Sequence record: PV796108.1
Reading direction: 5' to 3' (one strand)
DNA length: 64,000 bases
In this document: positions 1-8,385 of the stretch, piece by piece
Layout of the letters: each line of letters opens with the position of its first letter
How positions within the stretch are numbered: the first letter of the stretch is position 1
Made by a program: the position numbers and the translations under genes
The notes under the pieces: model-generated
What the model saw: only the letters and a program-made list of their open reading frames with translations
The model's database searches: none
What the model was told of the DNA's origin: nothing

Positions 1-3000
1 ACGCTGTTTCATGTAATAACTGTTGAGCAGAAACATTTAAGTTACCTGCATTAATCGTACCAGCATCTAAGTTAATGATTTTTACTTTAGCCGCATCCAT
101 TGTTCCAGTAGTAATAGAGTCAGCTCGAATCTCAAGCTTGTTACCATTCTTAATGAACATACCTTTAATGTCGTCATTACCTGTTAATTCTTTATAGGTA
201 TTAGTTGCATCAGTTGGAGGCTTTGTCCCAGTGATCTTAGAATAGTCAGGACCGTTACCAGTAACCTTATCCCATGAGATGCTACCACCTTGCATGTTAA
301 TATTACCAGTGATAGTTAAGTTACCTGTTGAGCTATCTACACCAAAGACAACAGCACTATCAGATGTTCTTAGAATCTCGATACCTTTTGTAGCATTCAG
401 TGTTGTTTTGTTTTTCGAGCTTGTGATTACAACACCATTCGCAGTATCAATCTTCACACCATTATAATCTTGTGCTGGCTTAATACTATTATCAGCATTG
501 TCATTAATTGTTTTAGCAGTTGTAGAAAGGAGTTTATCCATACTGTCGTATAGTTCTCTCCATTTTAAATCCCAATCTGTTTTAACAATTGTGAGGTTGT
601 TTGCATTTGCATTATCCCAAGGACGAGGAGAAAGAGTTTCAAGGTATCCTTTTAAAGCTACATACTTTGTCTCTACTGCTTTGTAGTCTGCATTGCTATC
701 TCCTAGCTTCGCTTGCCTTGCTTGTAAACGAACGTGGTATATTTCACCGACAGTACCAGAATCAATAGCAGTGATTGCAGGAAGAGTATTTCCAGAAGGA
801 GCTGCACCTAGAAGGAATGTTAATGAGTCTTTAATCTCTTTTCTTTCTGAAGGAGTTAGGATGTTGTCTTTAGACATATCAGCTATGTCAGTAACAGTTT
901 TGTTCCACTTGTCTTTTACTGCTTGAGCAAGTTGAGCTTCTGTTAATCCGCCTACGATTTCTAAGAAACCATTTGTGATTTTCATACCGTCGCCACTAAT
1001 TACTACATTACCTTTAGCTGACTCAGCTTTGAAACCAAAGTCACCCATTGTAATAGCAGTAGGAAGTGGGCCAGCCAGATTCAAGTCATCTCGTAAACCT
1101 AAGTTAATTAAGTTAGGATTATATCCATCTTCAAAAGTTGTTGTTTTACCAACACGGATACGAGCTGCATCAATAATACCCGATGTAATCTTAGTTGCAT
1201 CTAGGTTTCCAATTTGAGCATTAGAGATAGCACCTTCTGCAATGATTGCACTACCAGCAGTAATTGTACCTACTTGGATATGGTTTGCATTAATCTCCTG
1301 TGCTTTAATCTTATCACCAGTAATTGTTTCAGCGACGATATGTTTAGCTAGTACAGATTCAGCAGCGATAATACGTCCGTCTACTTCACCATCACCAATC
1401 TTAGGATTCGTAATAGCTCCATCAGTGATACCTTCGTTGTATACACCCTTTTCATCATAGAGAACGGTTTGTCCATCTGCACCACGAACACGGAAACCGT
1501 ATTGCGTACCATCACCATTTACATCACCAATAGATACACGTTCAACAGGAACTTGGCTTCTATCGAATACTTGCAATCTATTAGACTTAATCTTTAGTAA
1601 CCCATCTGGACCTTGAACAGTAACTAAACCTGTATCAATCTGACCAGCTTTAATTTTATTTGCAGTTAAGCTAACAATCTTCGCATCCGTGATACTAGCA
1701 TCAGCAATCTGTACAGAGTCGATAGTACCTTCTTTAATAACAGCGCCATCAATTTTACCTAAGTCAGCAGAGATAACACCAGTAGCAATGTGGATAGCTT
1801 CAATAACATTAGCTTGAATATGTTTTGCATCCAATTCACCAATAACAGCTGTATTGATTTTAGCGGAATCTGCATTCATGTTTTCAGCATAGATGTTCAT
1901 TGCTTCAACAACATTTGCCTTCATACGTTCGGCATTAATATCACCAGCAGTAATTTTCGTAGCATTTAAATTTCCGATAGCCGCATCTTTGATTACAGCC
2001 TTATCAATAACTGCACTCTCAGCGTATAAGTTAATTGCGTTAACTACTGCCGCTTGAATACGTTCTGCTGACAAGTTACCTGTCGTAATGTTATCGGCAT
2101 TTAAGTTTTTGATGTTCGCTGCTTGCGCTTCAAAGTTGATTGCTTCAATGATGTTAGCCTTGATACGGTCTGCATCAATATCTCCAGCTTTAATACTTGT
2201 CGCATTTAACTGGTCAATGACTGCACCATGAATATATGCATTTCCAATTTCAGCGTGGTCTGCTGCTATATTAATAGCCTTGATAACACTTGCAGTAATA
2301 CGGTCAGCATCAATTGTACCTGCCGTAATCTTCTCTGCATGTAAATCACCAATGAAAGCCTGGTCAATAACAGCTGTGCCGATATAGGCATTAATGGCAT
2401 GGATTACGTTTGCACTTAAAGCATCAACAGATACTACTCCTTCAAGATCAGTATAGTTAAGAGTAGCTAGTTTTTTAATATCTAACTTCTCGCTACTTGG
2501 GTCAGCATTAATAGCTTGTAGTAATCGCTGTCCGTTATAGGATTTTATTTTGATATCATCAATGGAATTGTTTTGAATGATGTTTCCAGAAATAGAGGAT
2601 GGAGGAATATCTATGTGGGAGACAGGAATCTTAGAACCTTCATACTGCCAAGTTTGACTTGTCGTATTAATAGAGAGCTTTCCGATTTCCATTTCTCTGC
2701 TAAGTACATCGTTGTTTCGAAGAACAATAGGTGCTTCACTTTTCCATGTACCCATAACCAAACTATATGGATACCATTTATGTTCGTTAACACTAACACC
2801 GTTGTTTTCGACAGTCGTACCAAACATGTTGATTCCATATAAGACTGCTAATTGATGTGCATACTGGAATAGTTTTGTAGAAGCATCAGTAGTTTTAGAG
2901 GAGTCAATTAAAGAGGTTCCCATTACTTGGATGTGATAAGTCTTGCGGTAAGATAGTACCTTATCCATCTTATCTAGGAATTCTGGAAGAAGGAAAGAGG

Positions 3001-3697
3001 ATAGTGTATTTACACCGAACCCTCTCAGATGAAGAATGTCGCCTAGCTTCATTCCTGTTGTTAATGCATCTTCATTCATCGAAGCATGGTAAGTAGCTTC
3101 CATAACATCTTCCATGTAAGTAGCATAAACAATGGCTCTCATTCCAAGTTCATGAATTGCATCTAATATATCTCGTTGTCTTCGTCTTGAAACTTCATGG
3201 TCATATCCCATGTTGTCTACGTAGATGCCGTTAATACCTTTTTCTCTAAAGGTACGAATACGTTGGCGAATCTCACCAATCGTTAAACTAGATGAAGTTG
3301 TGCTGGCATCAATGTATCCATATAGATTCGAAGATGCAGTCAGATTAGAAATAATCGCATCAGGTATATCCGTCGGCAATACAATGTGCTTGAACTTCTG
3401 GAGGTATGCAATCTTATTCGCATCCGATAAGTTATTCAGATTTGCATATGTTCCAAGATAGAAGAACACGGATGGTGATTGCAACATACCATATCCATCT
3501 AATGAGTCCATTCTATCTTTTACTGTTGCATGATTTCCTTGTGGCATGACACCAAGAGCTTGTTCAATGGATATAATCCCATCTTGCAACTCATTGATGT
3601 CTTCAGCCATTACGTAATCACCGTTCGGGTCTCCATCATATGTTGCGTTGGTTTTAGGTACAAATGAATTTATTTTATTTGGATACTCTTCTGACAT
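1..3697 (-). CDS. Long tail fibre / receptor-binding protein, partial (>1230 aa, runs off the window start; not in the ORF track). Contains an N-terminal anchor motif, a putative glycoside-hydrolase-like TIM barrel and pentad-repeat beta-shaft
   Basis: AGGAGGT RBS at 3704-3710 lies 6 nt before the ATG at 3697. Manual translation gives MSEEYPNKINSF...KGINGIYVDNMGYD...LNATKITAGDINAERMKANV...NVSAQQLLHETA. The frame was spot-checked at ~3240, ~1990 and 1-52 and is the same throughout. Confidence 0.88.
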   Translation of the reverse strand, partial: MSEEYPNKINSFVPKTNATYDGDPNGDYVMAEDINELQDGIISIEQALGVMPQGNHATVKDRMDSLDGYGMLQSPSVFFYLGTYANLNNLSDANKIAYLQKFKHIVLPTDIPDAIISNLTASSNLYGYIDASTTSSSLTIGEIRQRIRTFREKGINGIYVDNMGYDHEVSRRRQRDILDAIHELGMRAIVYATYMEDVMEATYHASMNEDALTTGMKLGDILHLRGFGVNTLSSFLLPEFLDKMDKVLSYRKTYHIQVMGTSLIDSSKTTDASTKLFQYAHQLAVLYGINMFGTTVENNGVSVNEHKWYPYSLVMGTWKSEAPIVLRNNDVLSREMEIGKLSINTTSQTWQYEGSKIPVSHIDIPPSSISGNIIQNNSIDDIKIKSYNGQRLLQAINADPSSEKLDIKKLATLNYTDLEGVVSVDALSANVIHAINAYIGTAVIDQAFIGDLHAEKITAGTIDADRITASVIKAINIAADHAEIGNAYIHGAVIDQLNATSIKAGDIDADRIKANIIEAINFEAQAANIKNLNADNITTGNLSAERIQAAVVNAINLYAESAVIDKAVIKDAAIGNLNATKITAGDINAERMKANVVEAMNIYAENMNADSAKINTAVIGELDAKHIQANVIEAIHIATGVISADLGKIDGAVIKEGTIDSVQIADASITDAKIVSLTANKIKAGQIDTGLVTVQGPDGLLKIKSNRLQVFDRSQVPVERVSIGDVNGDGTQYGFRVRGADGQTVLYDEKGVYNEGITDGAITNPKIGDGEVDGRIIAAESVLAKHIVAETITGDKIKAQEINANHIQVGTITAGSAIIAEGAISNAQIGNLDATKITSGIIDAARIRVGKTTTFEDGYNPNLINLGLRDDLNLAGPLPTAITMGDFGFKAESAKGNVVISGDGMKITNGFLEIVGGLTEAQLAQAVKDKWNKTVTDIADMSKDNILTPSERKEIKDSLTFLLGAAPSGNTLPAITAIDSGTVGEIYHVRLQARQAKLGDSNADYKAVETKYVALKGYLETLSPRPWDNANANNLTIVKTDWDLKWRELYDSMDKLLSTTAKTINDNADNSIKPAQDYNGVKIDTANGVVITSSKNKTTLNATKGIEILRTSDSAVVFGVDSSTGNLTITGNINMQGGSISWDKVTGNGPDYSKITGTKPPTDATNTYKELTGNDDIKGMFIKNGNKLEIRADSITTGTMDAAKVKIINLDAGTINAGNLNVSAQQLLHETA
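1790..2440 (-). repeat. Protein-level repeats of 35-45 aa built on a 5-residue period (L.A.KI.AG.I.A.RI.A.VI.AIN)
   Basis: Units include LHAEKITAGTIDADRITASVIKAIN, LNATSIKAGDIDADRIKANIIEAIN, LNADNITTGNLSAERIQAAVVNAIN and LNATKITAGDINAERMKANVVEAMN. Confidence 0.85.
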
Positions 3698-3709
3698 CAT
3701 TGCACCTCC

Positions 3710-3895
3710 TTATCGTTTTTTAACAATGCCATGTCTACCATCGAAAGGCTTCCATGCTCTTTCGTTTTCATCAAAGTATTGTATTTCAAAATACTCGATA
3801 TCTGCATCTTCAAGATAAGACCAAGAGATATAAGTCTTCTCTTGGTCCTTGTCATAGAACTGGCTAATACCGAGGGGAACTCTTTTGTCGTTCAT
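3710..3895 (-). CDS. Small 61-aa protein, FN3-like beta fragment; possible fibre accessory
   Basis: AGGAGG RBS; fills the gap between two long genes; ISWSY...IEYFEIQYFD pattern. Confidence 0.7.
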   Translation of the reverse strand: MNDKRVPLGISQFYDKDQEKTYISWSYLEDADIEYFEIQYFDENERAWKPFDGRHGIVKKR

Positions 3896-3897
3896 AT

Positions 3898-6800
3898 TTA
3901 TTCCTCCTCTACGAATTCTACAATTGGGTAAATACCTGCTGCCTTATGGTCATCAACAATCTTTAAGACTTCCTCTTCACTGAAGCGGCCGCCATATTCT
4001 TGCAACACATTTCGTGGTACTTTAATAACGATAACACCTTGTTGGCTATAAGCCTCGCCATCCCAAGTGCCCATATCCCAGTGGCTTAATGCATCTGGTT
4101 GAACTTGTTTAATCTGTTGTCTTGAGATCGTTTCTTTTAGACCGCCACCTCTTGTACGTGCATCCATTACAATCGTATCTTCTACTTGTGTATGTTCTCG
4201 CACATGAACAACTGATAATAACAAAGCTCGTGGATTCATTTCCTGGATGTGCTTCCATTCTTCAATACTAAAGCAATGACGTACAGTATTACTACGATAT
4301 ACACCGAAGCCATCATGGTAAGGAAGGATGTAAATGTAAATATCTTTGTTTAGAAGTTTTACACTAGGAACACGCTCATACACAACGTATTCTTTCTCTC
4401 CTTCTTTTTTCTTAACAGGCATTGTAGATACATGACCAGGTAATGGATTGAAGTCCAAATGGAAGAAGATTCCCAAGTTCTCATCGAAGTAACCTTTATA
4501 CTCGTAGAAGTTTTCTTCGAACATATAGTTAACGTATACTTCGTCTTTGAAACTAATTGGGTCTTTCAAATAGATACGACCATTATCAATATCGACATCT
4601 AGTACTTCTAACGTTTCATCTTCTGCACAGTAGTAATCTGCATAAATAAAATCGTATTTGTCTTCATTGAAAATGATTGCGCCATCCGCATAAGAGATTT
4701 TATAGGCTGTTGTTGGAAGGAGCTGTCTATCTTCTCCTTGGTATACACGGGGGGTTGGAAACGGAAGCCAGTTAGCTTGCGTGCTACGCCATACTTTTCT
4801 ATCTGTAGTAGTAAGGCGGACATCTCGTTCTTGTTGGTTAGAGAACTTTCTGCGGAACACTTCTAGGTTGTCATAAGCAAAGTCTGCTTTAACTTGTCCA
4901 AGAACAGTGTCTTCAAAAATAATATAACCATATTCATAGTCAATATCAAACCCTTCTTTCCAAAGAATGAATTGACCATCACTATTTTCATCGACATATA
5001 CTTTTACAGCATAAGACTTTTTCCATTTGTTTTTAGAAGCAGTGAAAATCTTACGTTGTTTATCATAGCTTCGTAAGAGTTCTCCCTTTACTTCACCCTC
5101 ATCAATTACAAGAGGAGCATGAGAAACTTGAATCGTACGGTCATCTAAGTAAATAGCTGTTTCCGCATTCTTCTGTCTCAACCCTTTTTTCATGTGGAAG
5201 ACTTGTCGGTCATACTCAGGAATCTTATAGTGCTGCCATCCGAATACACGAGATTGATATCTTTCATAAGCACTTGTATTTTTATAGAGTTCTTTCAACT
5301 CATTGTATCCTAAGTCATTCTTAATGAATGAACCATTGTGGATACGTAAATACCAGTTGTCTCTTGTGTCATTAGAGCGTGGTCGTTCTACGAAGATTTG
5401 TCCACCCTCACGAGTAGATACAGAGTAACGACGTTTTGTTGCACCGACAGTGTAGTAATCTGTTTTCGCTTGAACAACAATCTCTGGTCGATGGTCTACA
5501 TAGTATAAATCTAAGTGAGATACAACTGAGTATCCTTCCTTATCGTAGAAGCTCTTACCAGTATCTTTGTTGTAAACAGATAAGTTAATGTATTGATTAT
5601 CAATACTAGAACCATCTCCACCCAAGAAGATTTCATAATACACTTTGTTTTTATCAGCCCATTTCGCTCCATCAGGAAGTGCTGGTAGTAACTCCATTAA
5701 AGAACCTAATGTGATAACACCATCAGCTTTAGAAACCTTACGTTTATATGTTACAAAGTTCCCTGTCTCTTTAATGAATCGTCCTTGCTTGTTACGAGTG
5801 TAGACGAAAGATCGAACCGTGAATACACAATCAAGTGATGGATAGTACTTCGCCACATCTACCTGTTGGAATCCTTCACTCTGTAAGTTCATGCTTTCTT
5901 CTTTTGGCTTCTTCGCATAAGCATATAATGCACGTTTACCATTTCCAGGAGGAGTCATGAATACCGAACCTACTGCATACATTCGTAGGAAGTCTGCATA
6001 TACAGTTCCGAATCCATTTCCATCAATGAATCCAATACGAATCTCAATGTTCATTGTAGATGGAACAGTGTAAGTTACTTTTACTTTCGTCCATTCTCTT
6101 GTGCCAATTAAGATAGGACTCTCTGCAAGTAGTTCTCCTTTATCATTAAAGAATCCTACTTTAGCTCCTTTACCAGTAGACAATACATCCTTTGTTTTTA
6201 ACCATGTCTCAAGAGTGTATGTGCCGCCGATTACATTCTCTACCATCTGACTCCAGTAAGCATGTGCTCCATCTTTAGAGTAAAGAGAGATAGATTTGAA
6301 ACCAGACTGCCCCCCATTTACTTGGTGTTCGAATAAAGAATCTGCACCAGCTAAACGCTTAACACTCCAACCTGGAATTGCATCAATTGTATTTTGAGTC
6401 CATTGCTTAACAACAACACCATTTACAATTGTTCCTGATTCGAAGTCTGGGTTACCTAAAGGAACTTCTTGGTCAGATTGGATTTCCATCTTATATGTTC
6501 CAGTATGGTATTTAAATGACTCTGGAAGATACTGCTGCATCTTATCATCAACGGTATCGGAAATCTGCTTCTTAGCGACAACAGAAGTTGCATCCTCATC
6601 ATCTTGACCATCTATATAAAGTGGAGTTCCTTGTTCATCTTTATACTCTTGGAAGAATAAGTTGTCACGGTGATATACATAGTCTTGAATCCAAGGACTA
6701 GAGATTACTTTGTTTTCAGCCATCCATAACAATGTGTTAATTGTATATTGATGGTCTACGTCTTCCTCTAGGAATAAGGCACGCCAGATAGCACAGTTCG

Positions 6801-8385
6801 AAATGATTACTCGACCTTTATCTAGGAATGTTTTATATGCAACCGAAGGAGTATTGTTTTCGTAAGAGATAAGATGTTTCCATTCTTCACCCTCACCAAC
6901 GCCAAACTTAATCTTTGCATTCACATTATCGTAGCCTAGTTCTTTAATCTTCCCGTTTGTTAGATACAGTCGTCTTGCAATCTCTTGTGCAACTGAATCT
7001 GTTCCAACCTTTTTAAATGCAGTCTCATTTGTTGTATCGAATGAGAACGAGAAGAAGGAAGTGTTTTCACCTTTACTATTGTTAAAAGTTAAAACTTGAG
7101 TACCTGCGCCAGCATTATCAACCCATATAGTACCACCATGAGATAGATAGTTTTGTAGAGACTCATTATATGGAGCAAGATCAAATGAACCGTATCCAGT
7201 TAGAATGATAATGTCATAGTCTGTATATTTCTCACGAGACATATTTAAATCAACAGACCAGTAACTTGGATTCTCTTTTAATAGAGAAAGTAATGGTGGA
7301 TGTGGATTATACATATCTAAATATGGAGGACGATACTTTTCATCATTAAAGATTTTCCATAATGAACCTTCCACATTCTCTACACCTACGATTGTTTCAT
7401 TCAGGTAAGCAATACCGATAGATAAGCTACCAGGATTTTCAGGAGTGAATCGAGTTTTTAAATCACCGTGGATACGGTACTTGAAAGAATGCCCAGGTCT
7501 TGTTGTATAGTTAGCAACAACAACTTGGCTAGGAGAGTAAACTTCGAAGCTTTGATTGTGCTTTTGCTTTACTGTATAAATCTTCTTGAAGATATCCTGC
7601 TTCCATCCTTGTCCATCTTTCGGATTCTCTTGCAGTTCATCAATTACAGTAGAGTCAACTTCTTCGAAGAATGGATGAGCTTGTAAGATTTCAACGTGGT
7701 CAGGTTTTAAAGAACCATCAGCATTGTATCTTTCATATCGAATTACGTATGTGTTTTCTACGGAGTTTTTGAAGTTAGTATATACATGAACACGGTAAGC
7801 ATTATCGGGAACGCCAGCACCAGATTCTTTTACCCACTCTACTTTGAATCGGCAATCGCTAGGAACGGGGTCACCGTTTAAAGTTGTGATAGATAATTTA
7901 GAACCCATGTATAGAACGTTCTCTCTTTGCTTTACACTTAGTTCATTGTATGAGAAGGTGCGAGAAGGAGGTGCAGCTAGATACCCCTGAGTGTACGGAA
8001 TAACTGCTGCCCCCTTCCCACTCATAAGTCCCTTTAAAGTCATCTTGTAATATAAAGGTTGTGGTGTATCCTGATGATAGCGAGGAATGGTAAACTCATC
8101 AGTCAGTATTACACGATTACTAGGGAGTTCTGATTTACCTTCTTTGTCTTGCAATAAGAATGTATCGTTAGGTATCATCATCTGTTCTGATACCTGATAC
8201 ACCTCTTTGTTCTCTGGAATATGTTCAGCAAAGCTTTCTACAAAGATGTTGTTTTCTGCGGAGGAATTCTTAGTCTGAACATACCCTAGATTTGCGCTCA
8301 TTCTAGGAAGAGTTTTGCCAATTCTAATGCTGTGACCTTTATCTTTTCCATCTTTTACGATTCTATCTTTATGTGAGCTAGTCAT
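3898..8385 (-). CDS. 1495-aa virion/baseplate-associated protein with a DUF4159-like (class I GATase-like) domain and a CBM4/9-like carbohydrate-binding domain
   Basis: Motifs DIIILTGYGSF...LQNYLSHGGTIWVDNAG and LGNPDFESG...GWSV...GGTYTLETWLKT...GTREWTKVKVTYTVP; located in the baseplate/fibre cluster. Confidence 0.6.
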   Translation of the reverse strand: MTSSHKDRIVKDGKDKGHSIRIGKTLPRMSANLGYVQTKNSSAENNIFVESFAEHIPENKEVYQVSEQMMIPNDTFLLQDKEGKSELPSNRVILTDEFTIPRYHQDTPQPLYYKMTLKGLMSGKGAAVIPYTQGYLAAPPSRTFSYNELSVKQRENVLYMGSKLSITTLNGDPVPSDCRFKVEWVKESGAGVPDNAYRVHVYTNFKNSVENTYVIRYERYNADGSLKPDHVEILQAHPFFEEVDSTVIDELQENPKDGQGWKQDIFKKIYTVKQKHNQSFEVYSPSQVVVANYTTRPGHSFKYRIHGDLKTRFTPENPGSLSIGIAYLNETIVGVENVEGSLWKIFNDEKYRPPYLDMYNPHPPLLSLLKENPSYWSVDLNMSREKYTDYDIIILTGYGSFDLAPYNESLQNYLSHGGTIWVDNAGAGTQVLTFNNSKGENTSFFSFSFDTTNETAFKKVGTDSVAQEIARRLYLTNGKIKELGYDNVNAKIKFGVGEGEEWKHLISYENNTPSVAYKTFLDKGRVIISNCAIWRALFLEEDVDHQYTINTLLWMAENKVISSPWIQDYVYHRDNLFFQEYKDEQGTPLYIDGQDDEDATSVVAKKQISDTVDDKMQQYLPESFKYHTGTYKMEIQSDQEVPLGNPDFESGTIVNGVVVKQWTQNTIDAIPGWSVKRLAGADSLFEHQVNGGQSGFKSISLYSKDGAHAYWSQMVENVIGGTYTLETWLKTKDVLSTGKGAKVGFFNDKGELLAESPILIGTREWTKVKVTYTVPSTMNIEIRIGFIDGNGFGTVYADFLRMYAVGSVFMTPPGNGKRALYAYAKKPKEESMNLQSEGFQQVDVAKYYPSLDCVFTVRSFVYTRNKQGRFIKETGNFVTYKRKVSKADGVITLGSLMELLPALPDGAKWADKNKVYYEIFLGGDGSSIDNQYINLSVYNKDTGKSFYDKEGYSVVSHLDLYYVDHRPEIVVQAKTDYYTVGATKRRYSVSTREGGQIFVERPRSNDTRDNWYLRIHNGSFIKNDLGYNELKELYKNTSAYERYQSRVFGWQHYKIPEYDRQVFHMKKGLRQKNAETAIYLDDRTIQVSHAPLVIDEGEVKGELLRSYDKQRKIFTASKNKWKKSYAVKVYVDENSDGQFILWKEGFDIDYEYGYIIFEDTVLGQVKADFAYDNLEVFRRKFSNQQERDVRLTTTDRKVWRSTQANWLPFPTPRVYQGEDRQLLPTTAYKISYADGAIIFNEDKYDFIYADYYCAEDETLEVLDVDIDNGRIYLKDPISFKDEVYVNYMFEENFYEYKGYFDENLGIFFHLDFNPLPGHVSTMPVKKKEGEKEYVVYERVPSVKLLNKDIYIYILPYHDGFGVYRSNTVRHCFSIEEWKHIQEMNPRALLLSVVHVREHTQVEDTIVMDARTRGGGLKETISRQQIKQVQPDALSHWDMGTWDGEAYSQQGVIVIKVPRNVLQEYGGRFSEEEVLKIVDDHKAAGIYPIVEFVEEE

